In this document: positions 50,200 through 61,560 of the stretch, piece by piece
How the letters are laid out: each line of letters starts with the position of its first letter
Numbering within the stretch: position 1 is the first letter of the stretch
DNA from: Amphiscolops sp. MND2022
Taxonomy: Eukaryota
Assembly (NCBI GenBank): GCA_964187785.1
Contig: OZ076420.1
Span: forward strand, 18,538,001 to 18,602,000
DNA: 64,000 nt
Reading direction: 5' to 3'
Notes under the pieces: generated by a model
Databases searched by the model: none
The model's input: the letters and a program-made list of their open reading frames with translations, nothing else
What the model was told of the DNA's origin: nothing
Made by a program: the position numbers and the translations under genes

Positions 50200-51400
50200 C
50201 AAATTGCGAATTTACACAAACACACCGCCAAAAAAGAAAACCAAAAAAATTACCCACACTGGATAACAGTTTATGATGACCATTATATGACTACCAAAAG
50301 ACCACTGCCAGACTCCAACCAGGAAGGCAACTACATCTATGATAAAGACTACAAATGCGATCCTTGGGATCGCCAAGACATATACGACTAATATACTCTC
50401 ACGTTCAAAGTCCACACCGACGCTCCCCCAGAAACTCACAAGACAAAAAAGCTCCCAAGGAGCACACCACCTCACAATCGTCCACGGAAAATGAATCAGG
50501 CTCCACCAGTACAACAAAACCAATCTTCCCGGGCGAGTTCCCAGCCTAACTCAACTCCATTAAGGAGTACGTAACAGAAATGGACGGAGACAACTACAAA
50601 CCACTACACTCCACCACACCAATGAAATAGCAACGAAGAATGCTACTATTCCTGCCGCTTGAATTCGGGAAAAAAGTTGACGGGTTAGTAGACTCTGGAG
50701 CAGTCATCAACGCCATGACATGATCTCACTACACTCTGGTGAAAGTCAACTGCGACTAGTGTTTCACTAATGGGTACCCATTATCACCTTTTACATTCGA
50801 GTGCCCAACGCACAACGAGGACAATCGATTGCCACTGCTGACATCCAATTCAACATCGGATCGCATCCCTTCGCAGACACGATCGTGATACAATTGTTCC
50901 CAATAATATGTCTGAACTTGCGAACCACAGCGAAGGAACAATAAACCTGGCGCACGTCGAGATAATGATGGCAATGACCGAGGAAAAGAAGAGATGCAAC
51001 CGGATCTTCTTCAAATAAGAGCCGACGGAAACCTACCATGACCGTGTCGACGATAATCGCGACAACCACCATAGCAGGAGCAATACAGTCATTGCCTAAA
51101 TTCGATGAAACGAACTATATAATCGTCACGCCAGCGCCCGAAACGGCGAATAACAGAACCATATACCAGCAAACGGCCTACACAACAGCGTTCCCCTACA
51201 CTATAGAAAACCGAAACAAACTGTCGGAATTCCAAATCCTTAAGCCAGAGGATACAAAACAATTAGGCTCTATCAACGGAGCCGCCCTCAAAGAACTCGG
51301 AGTTCCAGATTACACACACAAATATGCAAATGAGATAATGAAGGCAGGAGAGTGCGACCAAAAGGACAAATGTTTGAGGTTATCACCCCGTAAATTTCAG
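50200..51400 (+). mobile_element. Gypsy fragment F (gag end, protease, PR-RT linker)
   Basis: LFLPLEFGKKVDGLVDSGAVINAM near 50640-50720; linker ORF 51038-51412. Confidence 0.75.
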
Positions 51401-51751
51401 GTACAAATATGATTATAGACCCATTGAGAGTCCACATATACCCCACGGTCATCGTCTATAGTTGTAGGATATAGTTCGAGGAAACAGCAGAACACGATTT
51501 ACAACCTTATCCTAATTTTATTGATCAGGAGTGCAGACCAGTATGACAATTTCCAATTGCAGGCATACTACTGCCCTTTTTCAAGTCATTGCAATGACTC
51601 CCATCACTTTATATTACGGGACCATTTTTCTTTTTCCGTTTTTAATCGAAACTACAACGAACTGCCCAAAAACAGTAACAAGTAATGCCGAAATCATACA
51701 AAGCAATTAAACAACGAACTTTACAGTCTATCTATAGAAGACCACAGCAGT

Positions 51752-52496
51752 TTATTTTCCTTTCGAGCAAGACCTCTTCGCACTGGATCCCCCATCTTTT
51801 GTCACGGATCTTNNNNNNNNNNNNNNNNNNNNNNNNNNNNNNNNNNNNNNNNNNNNNNNNNNNNNNNNNNNNNNNNNNNNNNNNNNNNNNNNNNNNNNNN
51901 NNNNNNNNNNNNNNNNNNNNNNNNNNNNNNNNNNNNNNNNNNNNNNNNNNNNNNNNNNNNNNNNNNNNNNNNNNNNNNNNNNNNNNNNNNNNNNNNNNNN
52001 NNNNNNNNNNNNCCACAAACACCAGGACGTCTTTGTTGGGCGCTATATTTATCAGCACTGGCTTCACGTTTGCTTTTTTGGCCGATTTGTGGTTGAATAA
52101 CCTGGCAAGGCACCTGTTGTTCGGATGCTCCTTGCAGATTTCACTGGAAGCGTCGATGAGATGTTTCTGGCCTAGTTGGAAGAGATACTCGGTTTGGTTG
52201 CTTGGTATTTCAAGGAACTCGTTCAGCTTCATACCTTTTATTTCTTCCCCATGGTAATCAGCCAGAATCTCTTCTTTGTCGATCTTCGCTGTCGTGATAA
52301 CCCCACGACCAAGACCTTTCACTTGTACGTCGCAGATTGCTGGCCAATGCTGCGACTTGCACCGTTTGGAAAGTGTCTTCTTGAAGCACTCCGATTGTTC
52401 GTGCTGGGCTGGCAGGAACAAGACATCGTGACGGGGGGCAACTGATGGAGTCTGCAGTGCCTCCGGATTCAGGCGATCAGTGACAATCTTGAATGT
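51752..52496 (-). CDS. Terminal exon(s): SET domain, PR-Set7/KMT5A-like; C-terminal motif lost in gap
   Basis: QHWPAICDVQVKGLGRGVITT..LADYHGE..YLFQL..IDAS..C.EHP..RLFNHK..ANVKP; acceptor TTTCAATAG at 52497 in phase with the upstream GTTTGT donor; candidate stop TAA within AATAAA at 51752. Confidence 0.85.
51813..52012. other. Assembly gap (200 N)
   Basis: Run of N inside the SET exon region. Confidence 1.
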
Positions 52497-52617
52497 CTAT
52501 TGAAACAAGGGATAAAAATAACATGATATACTTATGTTTTTCATCCAATAGTTATTCAAGCAGTCTTTTAAAGCAGTGTAACAACTGGTTAATTTCTAAG
52601 GTTCGTGAATAACAAAC

Positions 52618-54420
52618 TTTTTTGAGATCTTCTTCTGTGTTCCAGGAGTTCTTGTTGTAGAACTCAATGAGCCTCTGTCTGGTGGGGTTGACCTGGTTTC
52701 GTTTGTTGCTGCAAAATGTGATGATTTCTTTCGCTCGCAACACTTGTCAGGCATAACGCTGCGCATTGAGGCGTTTTGTCACACATGCGCTCAGTTGTCG
52801 TTCAGTGACCTCGTTGGCATCAGCCCAGATCATGTCGACATTTTTCCAGATCTCCGTTGTGGCCTGTGACTTCTTTTTGAAGACGGCGTCGCAGGATGTT
52901 GGCAGGGCAAGTGCTTGGTTGGCATAACCCTGCAGCACATCTTCCACTGTCTCCCGTGAATTCTTTTGCATGTACAACAAAATACAATCATTAACGAGCA
53001 ACGAAATTTTTCACAAGAATCAATTAACATTGTAGAAGTCAACTATGAAACGACTATACTAAAAGACAATTTTGAAAGTTTATAACTATTGCACATAGTG
53101 ACCGTTCAATTACTATTTTTGAAATTCTTGTACCTTGTCCATAAACTCTTCTGCAATTTTTCTGGGGTTAAAATTCATGTTTCCTTTGGACGTGACGAAG
53201 AAAAGTTCGGTCTGTACCTCTTCGGTGCCATCGTCCCGTGGGAACACCTTCTTGACCACTTGTGGGGATTGTCTTTGGAAATTGGGTCTCACGCCAAGGT
53301 GATAAACCCGCATCGCATTCACCACCCAAGAGCATATTTTATGCTGCGATCGAATAGTGTTTCCTAAAACAAAAGGTTTAAAATTCTAGAAAAGTGTAAC
53401 ATGACAGATACTTTTCATAAAGTGTTTCTTCATTATTACTTCTCTTGATTATTTTATGCTGCGATCGAATAGTGTTTCCTAAAACAAAAGGTTTAAAATT
53501 CTAGAAAAGTGTAACATGACAGATCCTTTTTATAAAGTGTGTCTTCATTATTACTTTTCCTAGTTATAAGAAGGTTTTTTCCATTCAATGTTCTGCTTCA
53601 TGTTTGCCAAAAATTGCAACAATTACCCAAAGATGGTTCAAGGCTCAGTTCGTACATGGTGTCCTGGCTTAGCTCGTCAAGCTGTGACACAACTTGGGCG
53701 ACGGCATGTACTGTCATAGCTAAAATGCTCTTCGCCATCACAGTGACGGGCTCAACATACATGTATAGATATGTGACAATGCCGTGGAAGAGTGTCAACT
53801 GTTGTTGGAACGTCAGCGCTCCACAAGTGTTGTACGCTTCTGCAATTTCCCGAACTGTCTTCTGAATTTGGGGGCCTACTTTCTCCGACCACTCCTGTCG
53901 GGGCAATTTTGTTCCTGGTTCAATTAAAGTCTTGGCAGTGAAATTGAGACTGCGCTCCAAAGTGCCGGTGCTAGTAGCAAGCGCAGTTGCCTCATAATGT
54001 TTTAGCCACGCTTGATCACTGGAGTTCGTGGGTGATGTGCTGCTTTGAGTATAACCGTTGTGACATTGGGGTGTTTTTGGGTCGAGAATTTGAGAGAAGT
54101 TAGGCGGGCACGGGATTGGATGGCCTAAGTACGACTCGTGGAAGGAGAAGTTACTATGTTGAAGCGGTGCAGGGGTGCTATGAAAATGATGATTAGCATC
54201 TTAGTTAAGTGGTTGTGGAGGCTGCATAGGAGTTAGAAAGGGGCTGCTGCTTTATGAATATTGGGTCAAATCACTGTTGTTAATTGAGAGACTTCCCAAG
54301 GAATCAGACATTCTGAGATCTAGTTTGAGTTTGTTTTTGAGTTTAGCAAATAAGCAGCTGGTCGATGTGGGTGAATGATAGTTGAATGGTTGTCCTTTGG
54401 CATGGAGCTCTTTAGAATTT
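52618..54420 (-). pseudogene. Exons encoding a low-complexity region, a degenerate tyrosine-recombinase-like segment and a pre-SET linker
   Basis: Exons ~54420-53627, 53363-53134 and 53042-52618 join in phase; motifs SILAMTVHAV, AMRVYHLGVRP, LFFVTSKG, LTSTML; in-frame stops at ~54253, ~54202 and 52748, and a frame break after LTSTML. Confidence 0.55.
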
Positions 54421-55298
54421 TATGTTGAATGACTTGGAAAGTGACAAACTCAATTCAATGACACCTATCATTTTTCAATTAACTCCCTAAATATCAATTT
54501 TTAATTTTATGGCTTGGTTGTGAATTTTACAGTAGAATGGAGGCATTGATAATTACACATAATGTGAAGAATCTATAATTACATGACAGGACACGTGGAT
54601 GGTTAATTGGAAAGTAGTAGTCCATGAGGACAATTTAAATCGCTCGGATTATTGAATTGCGCATTAGAATTGAGGCAATAATAAATAACCATGATCTGCA
54701 GAAACTACAATTTGATGATAAACCATGTGTAAGATTAATTTGAAGGTGGTGGTTCATGAATTTAGTTGTAAATTTATGGATTTTTTACAACGATAAAGCT
54801 ACTGGTTGCGACTCAGGAATTTTTAAAACTAACAATTATTCGGATTCAGGAAAGAATAGTATTTTCAAAAGAAGACCTTTACACAGAGGGTTTAACATTT
54901 GAAGAGGGATGTCTTCGAATGACTGAAATCCAATTTAATGTCTCTGGGAGCAAAAGCAAAAACAAGAGTGTGTTCGTTTGGACAACTGAAATCAGCTGTA
55001 ACGACTCCGGGAGCGAGAGTTTTGATTTAAACGAAATTTTATTGAACAATACATTGTTTTTAGCTAAAACTTTTGGCTAACAACGGTTACCTCTATGGTA
55101 GCTGCGTATTAGACGAAACATGTGTAAGTTTAGTTTGAAGGTAGTGGTTCATGAATTTAGAGGTACATTATGGATTTTTCAGAACAATAATGCCACAGGC
55201 TGCGACTCCAGAATAAAAAAAACTGTTTCGAAAATTTATTCTGGTATCTTCTAAAAATTTCTAATCTCTCTAATAAACAATCTAAAATCAAAATAATT

Positions 55299-55994
55299 TC
55301 AGTTTGCACAGTTAAACTCGTGTGCTGACGGGGCAATTGCAGCAATATGCTTGAATCTGCTGAACTCAGATTGCTTCCAGGGCTGAGCTGTTAGAGAGGA
55401 GGTCACGAACTGCTTTTGTTCCAGGTCCCATTCTAAAACAGTAACACAGGCAATAGTTAAAGCGGATTTAGGAAAAAACATTGTTTTCAAAAGAAGACTT
55501 TTAAACAGAGGGTTTGATGATTAACAAGGGGACTTTTCGAATGACTGAAATCAAATTTACCAACTCCAGAAACCAAAGCAAACACAAGAGTGTGGTCGTT
55601 CGGACGACTTAAGTTAGTTGTTACGACTCCAGGAGCGAGTGTACAGATTTGAACGAAATTTTTTCGAACTTTTAATTGTTTTAGCTATACTTTTTAGTTA
55701 ACAACGGTTACCTCTATGGTAGCTGCGCATTGGCCGGGGTGAGTCCATGATCCCCCGCGTGAGCAGTGTCAGGTAATCTACTGGCAAAGAGAGATCATCA
55801 ACTTCATATGGCTCGGTAGTGACATCTGGGACTGTGGCCTGGTGATCAAGCCCAACTTTTACTTCAACCTTGACATCGAAGCGCAGTGAGGCTTTTCTGA
55901 TGTCCTTCAGACTGGTTCGGCAAAAACGGCCTCCGCTGTACAACTGTAGAGTCGGTTCAATGTCCAGTGTCTCAATGCTAAAGGCTGGGAGAAC
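55299..55994 (-). CDS. Exons with ELM2-like and SANT-like motifs
   Basis: Exon 55994-55712 (VKVGLDHQATVP, cf. ELM2 IRVGxxYQAxIP) joins in phase 1 to the exon at 55432 (QPWKQSEFSRF, cf. SANT WxxxExxxF); stop at 55299 if no further splice. Confidence 0.5.
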
Positions 55995-56128
55995 CTAGAA
56001 CAAAACGATTGTTATTAAGTGGTTACAAAAGTGAATACCATAACATTACTTTGACTTATTATCATGAAAGTTAATTCAGGTTACCAAAAAATGCTTTCAG
56101 TAGGTTAACAAAAAAATATAATGCTAAC

Positions 56129-58071
56129 TTCTTTTGTAGAGGCTTCTTCCTCCTTGATCTTTGGAGTCATTTTTTGAAGCAGGCTCCTGTACCGGTCATT
56201 GGGCGGCACTCGCATCTTGCGGTAGTTGAAGAGGATTACACTCCACATTGTCGCCAAAGTTGGATATCTATAGTTAACACAGGAAGCCATGTAAAAATGC
56301 AAATAGGAATTTTGTAAAGTTAAAATGCTCCGGGGTTACGAAACACGGTTGAAAACTATAAAAGTGGGGATTGATGTTTTTATTTAGTATTATATTTACC
56401 GTAAATCCTCTTCCTCGTCAAAATGGGCATCGATAATTAAATCACTGTGTCCAGAGCAGAGGAAATTGGCACCTAGTGCCACGCTGTCGCCATGGGTAAG
56501 GACACAGTGAATCCATTTTGAAGGTAAAATAACAGCGTCGCCTGCCCTTGCATGGATCCTGTGACAGCCTCCTCCCTCCAACTGCTCCAGGTCTCCAAAT
56601 GATGTGGTTCTAAAAGACACACATTATAATTAAGACGGGTTTGGATGAAAATTGGCTCGACGTTTCATTTGGCTGTTTTTACAAAATCATGTTCCTGTGG
56701 GGGCAATTGTTTTTTTTCAAGAAATAATATCTAACAAGCTTCTTGGGTCTTTCTCGCTATACTGCTTGAAGAGCCTCAAGTTCTTCCTCGTTGGCTCGAC
56801 CAGCCAGAAGATTTTTTCCCCAAACAGAACCACATAAAACACGCTGGTGCTGGCAAAGTCGATGTGCCAGGGGGTCACACACTGATCGTTTGACAGCAAC
56901 AGGTAATTCCAAGTGCTCTGCGTTAGGAACCCGTCATCAGCCCCGGCTACCAATTTTGATTCCGCAAAACGGTCGACTGCGGCATTCTTCACGCAATTGG
57001 GTGGTGAGAAGATCTAAATAAAGCAACGAGTGTATTTGGTTTGTTTTTGTTTTGTATATTTTGGATTACATAGTAATTCATTCATATCAACAGTGACAAA
57101 CACCTTGCAAAAAACGGATAAAAAATCTACAAAAGATAACACTAGTTTTTATCACCTTGTGGCCAAGAGTGATGTCGATCACATTCACCGGGAAGAGATC
57201 TTTTTCTGCTGCTTCCGTTCCCGCGCGCTGCTCTGCAAGATACTCTTCTCTGGTCAAATGTCGCTGCTGAAACAAATATCAAATTGGCTGCATAAGCAAA
57301 GTAGAATTGAGAAAACAATAACTACACATGTGGTGAAGAATCTACCGCTGGATGATAAACCATTGCAAAACTATTTTGGAGGTAATCGTTCATGATTTTG
57401 AAGCTCATTGTGATTGTAAAATTTTGTGGATTCTTCGTTCCGATATATGTGAAGTATAGATACTATACTATATGTAAATATAATTTATGTAAATATATTT
57501 ATAACTGGATTCCAAAATTTTTATTCAGAAAAACACAAACTCTGAAAATCGAAGACAAAATCTGTTTCCCTTAAAGTGCCCTGCATGTGTACATGTCAAT
57601 TGTTGCACTCCCCAGATGTATTCAGAAGCTCCCATTTCACTTTTATTGAAACAAATTAGTCTAGTGTTACAGTTGTTTCTTTCTGACCTACGCCAATACC
57701 TGGTAAAAAAATATACGGAAAACAACAAAAGTTGTATATATAAATCAACTTTCAAAAAAACATGGTATCCATGAAATAAAGTTTTTAATTTCACCTTATT
57801 AAGTTTTGCCGACTTTGCTGCAATCGGGACATCGGGGTTAGCCATGTAACGAAGCATGTGCTCTGCTAAGGGCAGAAACTGCGTCGCTGCTTCATTGGGG
57901 ACATGCGGAATCACCAGACCTTCAGCGTGCTGCTTGGCGCCTCTCCATAAGATGGGAAAACCATGTAACAGGTAGTTCAACACCAGCTTAGACTGGTTTT
58001 CTACAGCCCCATTCCACAAAACGCACTTTTGGACGGCACTTTGTTTGGTCCCCTCAATGTGCTCGTAGTAC
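56129..58071 (-). CDS. JmjC domain, KDM2/KDM7(PHF8)-like histone demethylase
   Basis: Phase-consistent exons 57266-57156, 57013-56736, 56609-56400, 56267-56129; VTPWHIDFASTSVFYVVLFGEKIFWLVEPT and VILPSKWIHCVLT..ALGANFL; RYP..MW after the domain; N-terminal part in exon 58071-57795; join across 57795-57266 unresolved. Confidence 0.9.
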
Positions 58072-58267
58072 CTAAGAACATTCAAAAAACAATACCTAAA
58101 AGTTTTTATTCAGTGAAAAGTTCCACCCTTACTTCCATGGCAAGTATCCTCACCTTGAAAAAACAATTAACTCTCAAAGACTTCAAGGCATGAAATAATT
58201 ATTTTTTTGACTTTCTTTGCTGTTGTTCAACTGAAAAAAAGCTTTGGTTTTGACTGATTATCCTTAC

Positions 58268-58866
58268 CTATAGCTGCCTTTCTTGGCTGACTTTCTGGGG
58301 ACTCGTGAGAAGGCCATGTTGGGATATCGGTGATGGGGAGCTCGGTCACGGTGCCTCAGCAAGTTGCTGCGGGAAGAAAACTCCTGACCACATGCGTCAC
58401 ACGTTTTGCTTTTCAGCTTCCCCGTTACAGTCTCTGTAACATTAAAAGATATGTACTATAGCATCTCCTTACAAGAAAGTTCTCATAATGGGGGGTACGT
58501 TCCTATTTCGCCAGCACAATTGTAACACGATAAAAAGTTTGATATGAGCAGGTTTTTACTGTAACGAGCACGTTTTTGCGAAGCATAAGTATTACATGTG
58601 AGGAATAACTTACTGTATTTCCTCAGAGGCGGAAAAAGACCTTCTGCCAGCTCCATTGCCCTCGTAGCGCAGCTCTCAGTCCGTTGATGCCTTTTGAGGG
58701 CATCCTTAGTTGACACCGGCAGCAGACGTTTGTCACAAGAAAAGTGACTACTTCCTGTGGCTTCAGCCTGTTCGGTCTCAACACCTGTGCATTTTCCAAC
58801 ATGGCGGTTGAAATTGAAGAGCTTCTCTGTCTGGTAGGAGCATTTGGGGCATTTCTTGAGCGGCAT
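58268..58866 (-). CDS. First coding exons with three C2H2-like zinc fingers
   Basis: Exon 58866-58614 (CPKCSYQTEKLFNFNRHVGKC; decayed second finger CDKR..ALKRHQRTESC) joins in phase to exon 58433-58268 (CDACGQEFSSRSNLLRHRDRAPH); acceptor CCAG just upstream of the ATG. Confidence 0.8.
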
Positions 58867-58910
58867 TTCCTGGATTTTAAAAAAATGTTTAGTATTTTCG
58901 AATAATTTTC

Positions 58911-59065
58911 TGTCTTAACGCTCCTGGAGTCGTTGAAGTCTTGAATATTATATATACAAATTAAGTTGTCTCAACGCTCCTGGAGTCGTTAAAGTCTTGA
59001 ATATTATATACCAATTAGGCTGTCTTAACGCTCCTGGAGTCGTTAAAGTCTTTAATTTCTTATAT
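58911..59065. repeat. Three tandem ~55-bp units with near-palindromic core AACGCTCCTGGAGTCGTT
   Basis: Cores at 58917, 58973, 59027. Confidence 0.9.
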
Positions 59066-59569
59066 ATAAATATTTGGTGAATTTGATCAGGCTTTGGAAG
59101 TGGAGTTTTCAACTGGAGTCAATTAAGAGGATTCGAGAGTTCGAAGTAAAGCAACTGTTTTGTAGCTACACTGGTTGATTAACAACTTCAATACATGTAA
59201 CTCCATTGCCGAGGTCGCTAGATGATTCACAATGACAAACAAAAACTTGCGTGTCATGCTAAATACATGTACTTCCTCGTCGTAACTGAACAAGCATTAC
59301 ATGTAAGTAAGGTAAAAGAATTTTGAGGAACGAATGTATATCTTTCAATAATGTTCAAATGTTTCAATAAAATAGTTATGACAATTTTTTTTGAATTTGT
59401 CAAACAGGGTGATATAATTTGGTATCATTTGAACGCTTGATATTAAGTTAAAACTAGAAATCAGAAAGTTTTAGAAAACAGCTTTTTCTAAAATTATTTT
59501 TTTAAATTTCAATTGATATAAAGTTTTTCCAATTTGAAACAGGGCGACGTGCTTGATACATTTCATTTG

Positions 59570-59754
59570 AACGCTCCCGGAGTCGTTTCAAAATTACCAG
59601 TTTCTTTGAAGTTGAAATGACTTTCTGGCTAAAAGGACGATGCGTGAGGCATTCTATTTGAATGCTCCTGGAGTCGTTCTAAAATTAACTTCTCCTTACA
59701 CGTGATAAGAAGTGTTTGAGGGGATACATTTTATTTGAGCGCTCCTGGAGTCGT
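59570..59754. repeat. Three more spaced copies of the CGCTCCTGGAGTCGTT motif
   Basis: Cores at ~59570, 59661, 59737. Confidence 0.85.
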
Positions 59755-59796
59755 TCCAAAATGAACTGTTTCATTACACTTCATATGAGAAATGTA

Positions 59797-60279
59797 TTGG
59801 ACCATGTGATCTATTTCCCCCCCAAACTGCGATGGGGGGGGGGAAATAATACAGTAGGTTCAAATACTAGTTTTAAACGAATTAATTATGTCGACATAAC
59901 ATTTTAAACAGTCAAATACCATTATGTCGACATCGTTGCGTTGAAATTTTAGTCTAATAAAATAATTGATGTCGACATAATCACATCTTTTTCATTGATT
60001 GACAGTTAAAATAAATCATTATTCTTTGAAATGTGCTTCCAAACGGACATACTTCCATATTTACAAAACTACGAAATTTGCATTCAGCATTTAAAAAATT
60101 TGGGTCTTTTGCCACGAAGTTTAAATTCACGCGTTTGTTAATATTTGTAAGCATATCAACTTGTTTTATTCATTCAATAATTAATATACTTGTGAAAAAG
60201 CCGTTTTCGTTTTGGGGGGGGGGGGGGGGGAATTCCTAACAAGGTGTACCTGGGGGGGGAAATAGATCACATGGTCCAA
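59797..60279. mobile_element. ~480-bp MITE, TIR TTGGACCATGTGATCTATTTCCCCCCC, possible TGTA TSD
   Basis: 59797-59823 is the reverse complement of ~60253-60279; TGTA flanks both ends. Confidence 0.8.
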
Positions 60280-60514
60280 TGTATTTTTAAAAAACAAAAA
60301 TGTTCAGAACTTTCCCCGGTTCATCCCGGAAAGTAATTTAAGAATTAAAATCTAATTTGAAAAACATCCCCCCAACAAATTTAACTTCTTGTCATCTGAG
60401 AAATTTATATTTAAACGGGAGAGATTTTGAACTTTCTTTCCGCCGAAAAATATTTTTTCCAGAACTGAAGTTGGGGCTCAAACTCTTGTATTGATATAAT
60501 AATGAATTTATAAG

Positions 60515-60900
60515 AAACGAGGATTCCACAAAATTTAGAAGTGCAAATTCACACGAAGCGAAGAATCCACAAAATTTTAGTACCTATTTAGTGAAGAATC
60601 CTCGCGAAATAATAATTGCATTAATTGCCAAACTGAAGAATCCACAACTTTTGAAGAATCCACAAAAATTTTAGTGGACCTAATTAGTGAAGAATCACCG
60701 CAAACTAATGATTGCTAATAATTGCCAAAATGAAGAATCCACAAAATTTCAAGAATTCAGGAAAACAGTGAAAATTTTGTTTCGGCGATTCTTCGCAGGT
60801 TACACACGGTATTAGTGCAAGAATCCAGGAAAGTGTTCCACTCCACTTTCCTCATTTCTTGAAAACCCATGTATTGTAATCGAAGTGAAGAATCCACACC
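60515..60900 (+). repeat. Array of GAAGAATCCACAAAA motifs (probable subterminal repeats of a DNA transposon)
   Basis: About eight copies; shares the GAATCC core with the 2-bp-TSD family; no TIR found. Confidence 0.6.
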
Positions 60901-60959
60901 ACACTGCAACAGATCTGTTGCAGTCAAAACTTCCCTGTTTGGCGTCGTAATGTAAAAAT

Positions 60960-61560
60960 AGTCCAAAATCGGAAGACAAGTGTGTCGGAAACCGAAGATG
61001 AAGACGATGATGACGATGAAGAAATGCCGGAAGAGACCGGCAACCGAAGCTACGATACATCAGAACGGGACGGTCGGTACGAGCCGATACGAACCAATCC
61101 CGAAGAAGACGTAATCCAAATCCACACCGACGGTGAAATCCCACAGGGTGCAAATATTGAAAATAAAACACGGCGATCTAACCGAAACACAAATAAACCG
61201 AATAGATACCATACACTGGAAATTTATGGGGATAAACGATATTTAACTTGTTACAGGTCCGAACTGAAATACCCGAAAGGGAACACCACTACCGATAACG
61301 AAACATAAGCCAGCCGACTTCATGCCTGATGAAACAACCTCCCCCGGAACGTCAGCATTCAACTAGAAGAAGCCCGGAGAGAGGGGGAAATGTAATACGG
61401 TGTTGATCTCGGATGAACTCAGACTACCGAACAAGGTGTATATACCGAACTTTAGATTTATATTTTTTAGACAATAAACGTATAATTTTGATACGAGATA
61501 GAGGTACAAAATACAACTGATCTTTTATAGTCTTGTCCCATCTTAACCTAGCTTAGAAAT
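60960..61560 (+). mobile_element. 3' end of Gypsy element G: integrase tail, PPT and LTR start
   Basis: ..RRSNRNTNKPNRY; GAGAGGGGGAAA|TGTAATACGG at 61391; LTR end not resolved. Confidence 0.65.

Noticed and set aside
58911-59065. CRISPR-like array (palindromic repeats with spacers)
   Set aside because: Spacers are near-identical, there are only three units, no cas genes, and the context is eukaryotic with introns
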